This document shows positions 28,003 to 38,061 of a stretch of 64,000 nucleotides of DNA, one piece after another. The stretch comes from an uncultured delta proteobacterium (GTDB taxonomy: Bacteria > Myxococcota > Kuafuiibacteriia > Kuafuiibacteriales > Kuafuiibacteriaceae). The translations under genes and the position numbers were made by a program. The stretch covers positions 1,152,001-1,216,000 of the forward strand of contig CAWDML010000009.1 in assembly GCA_963803435.1 (NCBI GenBank), given 5' to 3'. The stretch's first letter is position 1, and each line of letters opens with the position of its first letter. Below the pieces are notes generated by a model. It saw nothing but the letters and a program-made list of their open reading frames with translations. It was not told the DNA's origin and did not search any database.

Positions 28003-29826
28003 ATGGCCCAACCCGACGATTTTCCTACGGATCGGATCCGGAACTTCTCGATCATCGCCCACATCGATCACGGGAAGTCGACGCTCGCCGATCGGATCCT
28101 CCAGCGGACCGGCGCGCTCACCAACCGCGAGCTCGTCGATCAGTTCCTCGACAAGATGGATCTCGAGCGGGAGCGCGGCATCACGATCAAGGCGCAAGCG
28201 GTTCGGCTCAGCTACACGGCCAGCGACGGCGTCACCTATCAGCTGAACCTGATCGACACCCCGGGCCACGTCGACTTCACGTACGAGGTCTCCCGCTCGC
28301 TGTCCGCCTGCGAGGGCGCGCTCCTGGTGGTCGACGCCGCCCAGGGGGTCGAGGCGCAGACGCTCGCCAACGTCTACATGGCGATCGATCAGGACCTCGA
28401 GATCGTCCCGATCATCAACAAGATCGATCTGCCGACGGCCGCGCCCGAAGAGGTGAAGCAAGAGATCGAGGAGATCATCGGGCTGGACACCTCGAGCGCG
28501 GTCCTCTGCTCGGCCAAGACCGGCCAGGGCATCGACGAGGTCCTCGAGTCCGTGGTGCACTCGATGCTGCCGCCGGAGGGCGATGCCGATCAGCCCCTCC
28601 AGGCGCTCCTGATCGACTCCTGGTTCGATCCCTACCGCGGCGTGATCTGCCTGGTCCGCATCAAGAACGGCCGGATGCGCCTCCGGGATCGGATCGTGTT
28701 CGCCCAGCACCTCGACAAGACGTACGAGGTCCTCGAGATCGGCGCCTTCGCGCCGCACGCGACGCCCTTGCCTCAGCTGGGGCCCGGAGAGGTGGGCTTC
28801 TTCGCCGCCAGCGTGAAGGAGGTCCGGAACGCAAAGATCGGCGACACCGTCCTCTCCGCCGACCACACGGACACGCCCCGGCTGCCGGGCTTTCGCGACG
28901 TCAAGCCGATGGTGTTCGCGGGCTTCTTTCCCATCCAGAGCGTCGGCTACGACGCCCTGCGCGACTCGCTCGAGAAGCTCCGCCTGAACGACGCCAGCTT
29001 CTCGTTCGAGCCCGAGGTCTCCCAGGCCCTCGGCTTCGGCTTCCGCTGCGGCTTTCTCGGCCTGCTCCACATGACGATCATCCAGGAGCGACTCGAGCGC
29101 GAGTTCAACGCCGAGCTCATCACCACCAGCCCGACCACGATCTATCGGGTCACGCTGAGGGACGGGACCCACAAGAACATCGACAATCCGGCGATGCTTC
29201 CCGACGCCGGCGAGGTGGACGTCCTCGAGGAGCCGATGGTGGACGTGAAGATCCACACGCCCTCCGAGCACGTGGGGCCGATCCTCAAGCTGTGCGAGGA
29301 TCGTCGGGGCACGCAAAAAGGGCTCGACTACGTGACCAAGACCCGCGTCATGATCTCCTACGAGATGCCGTTCTCCGAGATCGTGTACGACTTCTTCGAC
29401 CGCCTGAAGTCGTGCAGCCGCGGCTACGCCTCCATGGACTACGAGCTGGCCGGTTACCGCGCCGCGCCGCTGGTCCGCCTCGACGTCCTGTTGAACGGGG
29501 AGAAGGTGGACGCGCTGTCGATCATCGTCCACCGCGACCGGGCGTACCAGCGCGGCAAGTCTCTCGTGAGAAAACTCCGCAAGATCATTCCCCGGCAGCA
29601 GTTCGACGTGGCGATCCAGGCGGCGATCGGGAGCCGCGTCATCTCGCGGGAAACCGTCAAGGCGTATCGAAAGGACGTGACCGCCAAGTGCTATGGTGGT
29701 GACATCACCCGGAAACGCAAATTGCTCGAGCGGCAGAAAGAGGGCAAGAAGCGTATGAAGCAGGTCGGCGCGGTCGAGGTGCCTCAGGAGGCGTTCCTCA
29801 CGGTGCTCAAGGTGGACGAGGAGTGA
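28003..29826 (+). CDS. lepA: Elongation factor 4 (LepA)
   Basis: [31 protein letters not shown] and [14 protein letters not shown] motifs. Confidence 0.98.
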   Translation: MAQPDDFPTDRIRNFSIIAHIDHGKSTLADRILQRTGALTNRELVDQFLDKMDLERERGITIKAQAVRLSYTASDGVTYQLNLIDTPGHVDFTYEVSRSLSACEGALLVVDAAQGVEAQTLANVYMAIDQDLEIVPIINKIDLPTAAPEEVKQEIEEIIGLDTSSAVLCSAKTGQGIDEVLESVVHSMLPPEGDADQPLQALLIDSWFDPYRGVICLVRIKNGRMRLRDRIVFAQHLDKTYEVLEIGAFAPHATPLPQLGPGEVGFFAASVKEVRNAKIGDTVLSADHTDTPRLPGFRDVKPMVFAGFFPIQSVGYDALRDSLEKLRLNDASFSFEPEVSQALGFGFRCGFLGLLHMTIIQERLEREFNAELITTSPTTIYRVTLRDGTHKNIDNPAMLPDAGEVDVLEEPMVDVKIHTPSEHVGPILKLCEDRRGTQKGLDYVTKTRVMISYEMPFSEIVYDFFDRLKSCSRGYASMDYELAGYRAAPLVRLDVLLNGEKVDALSIIVHRDRAYQRGKSLVRKLRKIIPRQQFDVAIQAAIGSRVISRETVKAYRKDVTAKCYGGDITRKRKLLERQKEGKKRMKQVGAVEVPQEAFLTVLKVDEE

Positions 29827-30836
29827 GCAAGGCCCGACCCAAGACCGAACCTCCCGACAAGCGGACGATCAAGCGCGCCGAGCGGTTCCTCAAGGACGTC
29901 GAGAAGCTGCTCAAGAAGCACCAGGCGAAGGTCCCCGAGAAGGACAAGGAGAAGCTCCAGGCGGCGATGGAGGACGTGCGGCAGGCGCTGGCCGGCCAGA
30001 ACGACAAGAAGCGCCTCTCCACCTCGCTCAAGGATCTCGACGCCAAGGCCGAGCAGATCCTCGGTTTCGCCAAGAAGAGCACGCTCCGCGAGTATGCCGA
30101 GTCGATCGGCATCGCGATCCTGATCGCGGTGGTGCTGCGCGCGTTCGTGGTGGAGGCCTTCAAGATCCCCACCGGCTCGATGATCCCGACGCTCGAGGTC
30201 GGCGACCACATCTTCGTCAACAAGTTCATCTACGGCCTGCGCGTGCCCCTCACCAACGCCTGGTTCGTGCAGTGGAGCGTGCCGCAGCGCGGGGACGTGA
30301 TCGTGTTCCGCTACCCGCGGGACCTCTCCAAGGACTACATCAAGCGCGTGGTGGCCGTAGCCGGCGATCGGGTCCGGGTGGCCCACCGAGAGGTGTTCAT
30401 CAACGGAGCCAAGCTCGACCGAAAAGAGACGGATCCGTTCTCCTACGTGGAGGAGGGCGACGACGACATGCGGGCGGACTCGCCGGACGGCATCATCCGC
30501 CGGGCGATGGCCTTCGCCGAGAAGAGCCGGGGCACCGACCAGCTCTACACGGTCATCTACGACCACCACCCCGAGTTCTCTCGCGCGCCGTTCCCCAAAG
30601 GTGACATGCTGGCCGGTCTCGACTGCACGTACGACACACCCGGCTCTCAGGGGGACTGTCTCGTCCAGGAGGGCTACGTCTTCGTCATGGGGGACAACCG
30701 AGACAACAGCTCCGACAGCCGTGTCTGGGGCGGGGTGCCCGTCGACTACGTGAAGGGGAAAGCGATGTTCATCTGGTGGTCGCGAGGCCCGCGCTCCGGC
30801 GTCCGCCTGGAGCGCATCGGTATGCCGGTTCATTAG
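29823..30836 (+). CDS. lepB: Signal peptidase I with N-terminal helical extension
   Basis: [10 protein letters not shown] (catalytic Ser), DYIKRVV (catalytic Lys), [12 protein letters not shown]; follows lepA with a 4-nt overlap. Confidence 0.95.
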   Translation: MSKARPKTEPPDKRTIKRAERFLKDVEKLLKKHQAKVPEKDKEKLQAAMEDVRQALAGQNDKKRLSTSLKDLDAKAEQILGFAKKSTLREYAESIGIAILIAVVLRAFVVEAFKIPTGSMIPTLEVGDHIFVNKFIYGLRVPLTNAWFVQWSVPQRGDVIVFRYPRDLSKDYIKRVVAVAGDRVRVAHREVFINGAKLDRKETDPFSYVEEGDDDMRADSPDGIIRRAMAFAEKSRGTDQLYTVIYDHHPEFSRAPFPKGDMLAGLDCTYDTPGSQGDCLVQEGYVFVMGDNRDNSSDSRVWGGVPVDYVKGKAMFIWWSRGPRSGVRLERIGMPVH

Positions 30837-30889
30837 CCACGGAATTTTCGCTTTGACTTGGGGCCTTTGCTGGCCCATATCCCCGCTCG

Positions 30890-31438
30890 GTGGCGGACCG
30901 GAAGGAAGTGCGCCTGGCCGGCGCGGGCAATCACGGGATGATCGAGGCCGGCCTCATTCTCCAGGAGGCCGCCGCGATCTACGACGATAAGAACGCGCAC
31001 CACGTCCAGAGCTATGGGCCGGAGGCGCGGAGCAACGCCGCCCGCTCCGAGGTGATCATCTCGGACGGCGACATCGACTATCCCAAGGCCACGCAGCTCG
31101 ACGTCTTCCTCGCCACCACGCAAGAGGCCGTCGAGCGTTACGCCGGCGATCTCAAGCCGGACGGCGTGCTGATCGTGGACCAGGACGTGGAGTATTCGGG
31201 ACAGGTCCCCGCGAAGACGTATCGCGTGCCGCTCCTCGAGACCTGCGACCAGCGCCTGCAGAAGGCGGGTCTCATCCACGTGGTGGCGCTCGGGGTGCTG
31301 GTCGAGTTCTCGGACGTCGTCACCAAGCCCGCGATCGAAGCCGCCGTGCAGGACCACGTTCCGCGCGGGGGCGAAGATCTCTACATGGAAGCGCTTCGGA
31401 TCGGGTACGAGCTCGGCAAGAAGGCGCGAGAGAGCTGA
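30890..31438 (+). CDS. 2-oxoacid:acceptor oxidoreductase gamma-subunit-like protein (orphan)
   Basis: [32 protein letters not shown] and VALG motifs; no alpha or beta subunit adjacent. Confidence 0.8.
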   Translation: MADRKEVRLAGAGNHGMIEAGLILQEAAAIYDDKNAHHVQSYGPEARSNAARSEVIISDGDIDYPKATQLDVFLATTQEAVERYAGDLKPDGVLIVDQDVEYSGQVPAKTYRVPLLETCDQRLQKAGLIHVVALGVLVEFSDVVTKPAIEAAVQDHVPRGGEDLYMEALRIGYELGKKARES

Positions 31439-31448
31439 GAGAGGAACC

Positions 31449-31868
31449 ATGGCCAACGAGCGAACACTGAGCATCATCAAGCCGGACGCCGTGAAGAAGG
31501 GCGCCATCGGACCGATCCTGTCGATGCTCGAGGGTGCGGGGCTCCGGATCGCCGCCACGCGCATGCTGCAGCTGAGCGAGGCGCAGGCCCGCGCGTTCTA
31601 CGCGGTCCATCGCGAGCGCCCCTTCTACGCCAGCCTGGTCGAGTTCATGACCAGCGGCCCGGTGGTGGTGTCGGTGCTCGAGGGCGAAAACGCGATCGCC
31701 AAGAACCGCGAGGTCATGGGCGCCACCAATCCGGCGCAGGCCGCCGAGGGCACCATCCGCAAGCGCTTCGCGGCGAACATCGAGCAGAACGCCGTCCACG
31801 GCTCCGACGCTGCCGATACGGCCAAGGTCGAAGTGGCGTTCTTCTTCGCCGCCAGCGAGATATTCTGA
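31449..31868 (+). CDS. ndk: Nucleoside diphosphate kinase
   Basis: [22 protein letters not shown] and NAVHGSD motifs. Confidence 0.98.
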   Translation: MANERTLSIIKPDAVKKGAIGPILSMLEGAGLRIAATRMLQLSEAQARAFYAVHRERPFYASLVEFMTSGPVVVSVLEGENAIAKNREVMGATNPAQAAEGTIRKRFAANIEQNAVHGSDAADTAKVEVAFFFAASEIF

Positions 31869-31873
31869 TCGAC

Positions 31874-32947
31874 GTGTCCGACGACCTGCGCGCCATGGGC
31901 GAGCCGGAGCTCGCGGCCCTGGTCGCCGAGCTGGGAGAGCCGGCCTATCGCGCGCAGCAGATCTTCCGCTGGGTGCACCAGCGTGCGGTTCGCTCGATCG
32001 ACGAGATGACCGATCTCCCCAAGGCGCTCCGCGAGCGGCTCACCGCCCGCGCGCATGTCAGCGCCCTCTCGATCGTGCGGGTCGAGCGCTCCCGCGACGG
32101 CACCTGCAAGTACGCGTTCCGCACCGCCCGTGGCGACATCATCGAGTCGGTGTTCATCCCGGACGCTTCGGCGCCGGGCCGCAACACGCTCTGCATCTCC
32201 TCTCAGGTCGGCTGCGCCATCGACTGCAAGTTCTGTCTGACGGCCTCCCTCGGGCTGATCCGCAACCTCAACGCCGGCGAGATCGCGGAGCAGGTGGCGC
32301 GAGTGAAGGAGGATCTGAAGAGCGGGGAGGGCGGTCCCCGGATCTCCAACGTGGTGATGATGGGGATGGGCGAGCCGCTGCAGAACTACAACGCGGTGGT
32401 CGGATCACTTCGCATCATGATGTCGGAGCGGGGCCATCAGCTCTCGCCGCGGCGGATCACGGTCAGCACGGCCGGCCTGGTGCCACGCATCCCGCGCCTC
32501 GGGGAGGACGTGCCGGTCAACCTGGCCGTCAGCCTCAACGCCACCACCGACGAGGTTCGTGATCGGATCATGCCCATCAACAAGAAGTGGAACATCGAGG
32601 CGCTCCTCGGGGCATGTCGTGCCTTCCCGTTGCCGAAGCGCCGGCGGATCACCTTCGAGTACGTCCTCCTTGCGGGGCTGAACGACACGGACGACGACGC
32701 GCGACGCCTCGTGAAGCTGCTGCGACCTTTGCGATCGAAGGTGAACCTGATCCCGTTCAACGAGCATCCCTACAGCCCATTCGCGCGTCCCTCGGATGAG
32801 CGGATCGCGCGCTTTCAAGAGATCGTGACCGCGGGCGGGTTGACCGCGATGGTCCGGACACCCCGCGGCGACGACATCAGCGCAGCGTGCGGCCAGCTCG
32901 GAATTGAAGTAGAAGCGCCCCGATCCCAGCTCCGGATCGTGGCGTGA
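31874..32947 (+). CDS. rlmN: Dual-specificity rRNA/tRNA methyltransferase RlmN (radical SAM)
   Basis: CISSQVGCAIDCKFC, MGMGEP, ITFEY, VNLIPFN and DISAACGQL motifs; follows ndk. Confidence 0.96.
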   Translation: MSDDLRAMGEPELAALVAELGEPAYRAQQIFRWVHQRAVRSIDEMTDLPKALRERLTARAHVSALSIVRVERSRDGTCKYAFRTARGDIIESVFIPDASAPGRNTLCISSQVGCAIDCKFCLTASLGLIRNLNAGEIAEQVARVKEDLKSGEGGPRISNVVMMGMGEPLQNYNAVVGSLRIMMSERGHQLSPRRITVSTAGLVPRIPRLGEDVPVNLAVSLNATTDEVRDRIMPINKKWNIEALLGACRAFPLPKRRRITFEYVLLAGLNDTDDDARRLVKLLRPLRSKVNLIPFNEHPYSPFARPSDERIARFQEIVTAGGLTAMVRTPRGDDISAACGQLGIEVEAPRSQLRIVA

Positions 32948-32950
32948 CCC

Positions 32951-33736
32951 ATGAACAAAACCCAAACGATCGTCTCACTCTCTCTCCTCGCTCTGGCCAG
33001 CGGGTGCATCAGCAACGGCGAGCATGAGCGCCTCATGGCTGAGGCCAAGCAAGCCTGCGACGCCGAGATGGCGAAGATGCAGAGCGCGCACACCGGCGAG
33101 ATCGGCCAGCGCGACGCCCGCATCAAGAAGCTCGAGTCGGATCTCGACAAGCTCGGGATCGACATGAAGCAGGCGGAGACCCAGCTGTCGTCGCAGCTGG
33201 CCTCGACGCAGGCGCAGCTCGCGGAGCTGAAGAAGCAGCAGGAGCGGGCCGAGCGGGACGCCGAGGCGTTTCGCTCGCTCGCCGACAAGCTGAAGGCCAT
33301 GATCGACGCCGGGCAGCTCGAGGTCGTCATGCGAAAAGGGCGCATGACGCTGAAGCTGCCGGACGAGATCCTGTTCCCTCCCGGCAGCAAGCGTCTCAAG
33401 AAGGACGGCAAGGATGCGCTGCTCTCGGTGATCGAGGTCCTGAAGAGCGTCGAGGATCGCGACTTCTTGATCGCCGGCCACACCGACAACGTCCCGGTGA
33501 AGGGCGGCGGGTTCCACTCGAACTGGGATCTCTCGACCGCGCGCGCCGTCGAGGTCGTGAACCTGATGATCGAGAACGGGATGACGCCGGAGCGGCTGGC
33601 CGCGGCCGGCTACGGGGAGTTCGATCCGGTCGGCGACAATACGACGGACGAGGGTCGGGCGAAGAACCGGCGCCTCGAGATCATCCTGATGCCGAAGCTC
33701 GAAGACCTGCCGGGCGCCACCGCGGACGGCACCTGA
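32951..33736 (+). CDS. OmpA/MotB-family lipoprotein with coiled coil
   Basis: Lipobox LASGC; coiled coil; GHTDNVP, NWDLSTARA, GYGEFDP and NRRLEI motifs. Confidence 0.88.
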   Translation: MNKTQTIVSLSLLALASGCISNGEHERLMAEAKQACDAEMAKMQSAHTGEIGQRDARIKKLESDLDKLGIDMKQAETQLSSQLASTQAQLAELKKQQERAERDAEAFRSLADKLKAMIDAGQLEVVMRKGRMTLKLPDEILFPPGSKRLKKDGKDALLSVIEVLKSVEDRDFLIAGHTDNVPVKGGGFHSNWDLSTARAVEVVNLMIENGMTPERLAAAGYGEFDPVGDNTTDEGRAKNRRLEIILMPKLEDLPGATADGT

Positions 33737-33751
33737 ACGCCGTCTCTGCGG

Positions 33752-34105
33752 TCACGGCTTGAAGCCGCACATCCGCCACTTGCTGACCCGATCCCGCTCC
33801 TCTGCGGTGGTGAGGATCGGCGGATTCAGACCCATCGGTGGCTCTCGCCCCGACGAGATCGCGTCCGCGAAGACCTCCAGGCTGGCCTGGGTCGACTCGA
33901 AGGTGTCGAAGTTCAGATCCGCGGGGGCGCCGGCCCGCGCGCTCCCAACGAGGCTCGAGGAGTGACATTGAATACACTTCTCCTCGACGATCGTCGGCCG
34001 GATGTCCCGGCTGAAGGTCGGCGCGTCCGTGCAGAAGTCGACGTTCGCACCGCCCCCACAACCGAGCACCGCAAGGAGGACGGCGATTGGGCCAGCGAGG
34101 CGCAT
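33752..34105 (-). CDS. Small monoheme cytochrome c lipoprotein
   Basis: Lipobox VLGC; single CIQCH heme motif; distal Met (PPMG). Confidence 0.65.
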   Translation of the reverse strand: MRLAGPIAVLLAVLGCGGGANVDFCTDAPTFSRDIRPTIVEEKCIQCHSSSLVGSARAGAPADLNFDTFESTQASLEVFADAISSGREPPMGLNPPILTTAEERDRVSKWRMCGFKP

Positions 34106-34189
34106 CCCGCCCCAAGAATATCCGAATGAGGACGATTTGACCCCTCGTCAGTCGGCTGTTAGCGTCCTCCAGGCCCCAGGTCCTATCAA

Positions 34190-35563
34190 ATGCGCGTCGA
34201 TTCATGGGCTCTGACGGACGTCGGTCGAGCCCGAAAGCACAACGAAGACGGTTGGCTGATCGATGATCAGCTCGGCCTGTATGCCGTTGCGGACGGTATG
34301 GGCGGCCACGCAGCCGGTGAGGTCGCCTCCGCCTACGGGCTCCGCTGCGTTCAGGAGCAGCTGGTCAAGAAGAAGGCGCTGCTCGAGGACTTCTCGCAGA
34401 GCCCGACGCCGGAGAAACGGGCCCAGATCCTGCGGGAGGTCGAGCTCGCCATCAACGTCGCGTCCAGCGCCATCTACCACATGGCACAGCGCGACAAGAA
34501 ACGGCACGGCATGGGGACCACCCTGTCGATGCTGTTACTCGTCGGGAACAAGGCCTTCATGGCCCACGTCGGCGACTCGCGCATCTACCTGGCACGCGCG
34601 ACCCAGATCCATCAGCTCTCGGAGGACCACTCGTATCTTTGGGAGCAGATCAAGAAGGGCGCCATCACGGTCGAGGAGGCGAAGCGATCACCGTTCTCCA
34701 ACGTGATCACGCGGGCCGTCGGCATCACCGAGACCGTCCAGGTCGACACGCTGGTGTTCGACATCCTGCCCGGCGACACTTATCTGTGCTGCTCCGATGG
34801 CCTGCACGGGTACATCGAGAGTGAGGCCGAGCTGGCGCAGATTCTCTCGGGCGAGGACGGTGAAGAGATCCCGCGCCGCCTGATCGGGCTCGCCAACGCC
34901 CGCGGCGGCAAGGACAACATCACCTGCGTCTGCCTGCGCGTCCCGGGGGACGCAGGCGATCCGTCGGCGGTCGACGTGATCGAGAAGCTCGACATCCTCC
35001 GCCGCATCCCGCTGTTCCGGCACCTCAACTACAAGGAGCTGGTCAAGGTCCTCAACCAGACGCAGCAGCGCACCTATCAGGAAGGCGAGATCGTCATCGA
35101 GGAGCAGTCGGACGGGGACGAGTTCTACGTGATCCTCTCCGGCGAGGTCGAGGTGACCAAGGGCGGCCGGCCGCTCACCGCGCTCGGTCCCGGCGTTCAC
35201 TTCGGTGAGATGGCGCTCGTCGATCGATCACCGCGCTCGGCGACCGTCAAAGCGCACGGCGAGACGCGGCTCATGTCGCTCTCTCGTAAGGCGTTCTACC
35301 AGCTCGTTCGCACGGAGGCGGTGTTGTCATCGAAGCTGCTCTGGAGCTTCGTGCAAGTGCTGTCCCATCGACTCCGCGCGACGAACGAGGCCCTGTCCGA
35401 CGCGCGCAGCGAGGCGTCCGCCCTCCCGCCCTTCGCCGAGCTCGACAGCCTGCGTCGCGAGGTCAGCCGGCTGGCTCGTCCCGAGGAAGAGATGAGCGAC
35501 GAGGGCAAGAAGCTCCACGGCCGTACGGAGGCGAGCGAGCCCACCGACGACATGACCAGGTGA
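34190..35563 (+). CDS. PP2C-type Ser/Thr phosphatase fused to cyclic-nucleotide-binding domain
   Basis: DVGRARKHNED, VADGMGGH, HVGDSR, CSDGL and GGKDNIT motifs; C-terminal FGEMAL...PRSATV cNMP cassette. Confidence 0.92.
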   Translation: MRVDSWALTDVGRARKHNEDGWLIDDQLGLYAVADGMGGHAAGEVASAYGLRCVQEQLVKKKALLEDFSQSPTPEKRAQILREVELAINVASSAIYHMAQRDKKRHGMGTTLSMLLLVGNKAFMAHVGDSRIYLARATQIHQLSEDHSYLWEQIKKGAITVEEAKRSPFSNVITRAVGITETVQVDTLVFDILPGDTYLCCSDGLHGYIESEAELAQILSGEDGEEIPRRLIGLANARGGKDNITCVCLRVPGDAGDPSAVDVIEKLDILRRIPLFRHLNYKELVKVLNQTQQRTYQEGEIVIEEQSDGDEFYVILSGEVEVTKGGRPLTALGPGVHFGEMALVDRSPRSATVKAHGETRLMSLSRKAFYQLVRTEAVLSSKLLWSFVQVLSHRLRATNEALSDARSEASALPPFAELDSLRREVSRLARPEEEMSDEGKKLHGRTEASEPTDDMTR

Positions 35564-35634
35564 GTTTCGGTGCGACGTTGACCGCGTGAGTACGCCGTCC
35601 CCGCCTCTACGTCGGGCGCAGCACAAAGCGTAGT

Positions 35635-36543
35635 ATGAAGGGCGTCATGGAGTTCTCGGAGATGGCCGGACAGGACGAGGAGACCCGTGTCTCTTCCGTC
35701 TCCCGGATCATCGACAAGGCGATCTCCACCGAATCCTGTCTGGTCACCATCTACGGGCGCGAGCTGGGCCGGCAGTACAAGCTGGAGGCGGAGACCTCGA
35801 TCGGACGGGGTGCCGAGAACACGATCGTCCTCGACATGGACAACGTGTCCCGCCAGCACGCCCGGGTGCTGAGCAAGAAGGACGGGTTCTACATCGAGGA
35901 CCTGAACTCGACCAACGGCAGCTACGTCAACGACATCGAGATCAAGTACGAGCGGCTGCGGAACGGCGATCTGCTCAAGATCGGCGGGGCCATCCTCAAG
36001 TTCCTCCAGGGGGGAACATCGAGTCTCTCTTCCATGAAGAGATCTACCGGATGACCATCGTGGACGGCCTCACCCAGATCCACAACAAGCGGTACTTCCT
36101 CGAGTTCATCGACCGTGAGATGGCCCGCTGCGCCCGGTACGAGCGGCCGCTGTCGCTGCTGCTCTTCGACATCGACCACTTCAAGAAGATCAACGACGTG
36201 CACGGCCACCTGGCCGGCGATTTCATCCTCAAACGGCTCGCCGAGATGGTCTCCAAGCACATCCGCAAGGAGGAGGCCTTCGCCCGCTACGGCGGCGAGG
36301 AGTTTGCGATCCTGATGCCGGAGACCAACGGCGAGCGGGCCCGCATCTTCGGCGAGAAGATTCCGCCGAATGGTCGAATCGACCGCGTTCGAGTACGAGG
36401 ATCGGGAGATCGAAGTGACGGTCTCCATCGGGATCTCCGAGATGGGCAAGCATCGGGATCCGACCTCGTTCATCAAGGCGGCCGATGAGAACCTCTACAA
36501 GGCCAAGGGCGGCGGGCGAAACCTCGTCATCGGTGGCGAGTAG
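35635..36543 (+). CDS. FHA-GGDEF diguanylate cyclase; two frameshifts (G-run near 36010, GATTC near 36361)
   Basis: FHA: [26 protein letters not shown]: [33 protein letters not shown]. Tail VTVSIG...[14 protein letters not shown] is in a third segment ending TAG at 36543. Alternative starts at 35647 and 35662. Confidence 0.85.
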
Positions 36544-36568
36544 TCGAACCTGGTGATATCGCGGTCCT

Positions 36569-37624
36569 GTGGATCGCTACGTCGTCATCATGGCGGGCGG
36601 GTCGGGGACCCGGTTCTGGCCCAAGTCCCGCCGCCGGCACCCGAAGCAATTCCTGGAGATCGGCGGCCTCGACTCGCTGATCGCGCAGACAGCCGAGCGG
36701 GTGGCGTCGGTGGTCGGGTGGGACAAGCTCGTCGTCGTCACCGGCCAGGACCACGCGGAGCACGCGCTCACCGAGCTGCCCGGGCTCATGGAGCACAACC
36801 TGCTGGTGGAGCCGGCCGCGCGGAACACGGCGCCCTGCATCGGGTGGGCGAACAGCGTCATCCGAAAGCGCTCGCCCGACGCGCGGATCGCCGTGCTGCC
36901 GGCGGATCATTTCATCGGTGACGTCGCGGGATTTCGGGCCTTTCTCGACGCCGCCTTCGCAGCGGCGAACGATCGCATCGTGATGTTCGGGATCGTGCCG
37001 ACGCACCCCGAGACCGGCTACGGCTACATCGAGCGAGGCGATCTGATCGGTGAGGGCAAGACGATGCCCATCTACGCGGTGAAACGGTTCGTCGAGAAGC
37101 CGGTGCAGGAGGTGGCGGAGAGCTACTTCGACTCCGGTCGATTCCTGTGGAACAGCGGGATGTTCGTGTTCCCCGCCCAGGTGATGCATCAGGAGATCGA
37201 GATCCACCTCCCCGAGCTCCAGTTCGGCCTCGAGGAGCTGGAGAGCGCACCCCAGGAGATCGATCGCATCTATCGGAGCCTGCCCGCGATCAGCATCGAC
37301 TACGCGATCATGGAGAAGAGCGACCGGATCGCGGTCATGCCGGCCTCCTTCGCCTGGTCCGACGTCGGCTCGTGGGACGCGGCCACCGAGGTTTACGTGC
37401 CCGACGAGCTCGACAACGTGGTCGTCGGTCAGGCGGTCCTCCACGAGGTGCAACGCGCGTTCATCGACTCGAGCGCCGGCCGGATCGTGGCGGTGGTCGG
37501 CCTCCAGGACGTCATCGTGGTCGATACGCCGGATGCTGTCCTGGTAGTCAAGCGGGGGCGATCGCAGGAGGTGAAGGCGATCGTGCAGGCGCTGGAGAAG
37601 ATCGGCCGGGACGACCTCCTGTAG
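36569..37624 (+). CDS. manC: Mannose-1-phosphate guanylyltransferase
   Basis: MAGGSGTRFWPKSR, EPAARNTAP, PADH, TGYGYI, FVEKP, WNSGMF, SIDYAIMEK and WSDVGSW motifs. Confidence 0.93.
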   Translation: MDRYVVIMAGGSGTRFWPKSRRRHPKQFLEIGGLDSLIAQTAERVASVVGWDKLVVVTGQDHAEHALTELPGLMEHNLLVEPAARNTAPCIGWANSVIRKRSPDARIAVLPADHFIGDVAGFRAFLDAAFAAANDRIVMFGIVPTHPETGYGYIERGDLIGEGKTMPIYAVKRFVEKPVQEVAESYFDSGRFLWNSGMFVFPAQVMHQEIEIHLPELQFGLEELESAPQEIDRIYRSLPAISIDYAIMEKSDRIAVMPASFAWSDVGSWDAATEVYVPDELDNVVVGQAVLHEVQRAFIDSSAGRIVAVVGLQDVIVVDTPDAVLVVKRGRSQEVKAIVQALEKIGRDDLL

Positions 37625-37689
37625 CCTGCCGGGTAGGTCGAAGAGCCACAGTCGTAGTACCGGGTGTCTTGGCGACCCGCCGGATCGAC

Positions 37690-38058
37690 ATGAACGACCC
37701 GGATCTGCTTCCGACGGAGCGGATCGACGTGGACGACACGCTGGTGGAGGACGGGGACTGGGGCGAGGACACCGAGGTCGGGATCGTGCCCGCGCCGCCG
37801 CCCCGCTCGATCCTCGCTCGGCTCGCCCGGGCGGGCGTGCGGTCGCGGAGCTCCGCGGAGCGAGCGAGCGAAGGCCCCAACCGACGCTGGGACTCCGAGA
37901 GCGCCGCCCGCTTCGATGAGGCGCTCGACCGGCTCGAGGCCGGCGATTTGGACGGCGCGCTCCAGGTCTTCACCACGCTGCTCGAACAGCGTCCCTCATC
38001 CACCCGGCTCTGGATCTACGTGCGCGCCATCTCGTCCGCCCAGGCCGTCGGCGGGTGA
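37690..38058 (+). CDS. Small hypothetical protein (acidic N-terminus, TPR-like C-terminal helices)
   Basis: ATG at 37690 inside track ORF 37147-38058; fills the gap between manC and the TolC gene; FDEALDRLEAGDLDGAL helix. Confidence 0.45.
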   Translation: MNDPDLLPTERIDVDDTLVEDGDWGEDTEVGIVPAPPPRSILARLARAGVRSRSSAERASEGPNRRWDSESAARFDEALDRLEAGDLDGALQVFTTLLEQRPSSTRLWIYVRAISSAQAVGG

Positions 38059-38061
38059 CGC

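Noticed and set aside
32951-33736. OmpA/MotB protein as a flagellar stator
   Set aside because: It has a lipobox rather than the MotB TM helix with its Asp, and there are no motA or flagellar genes nearby.
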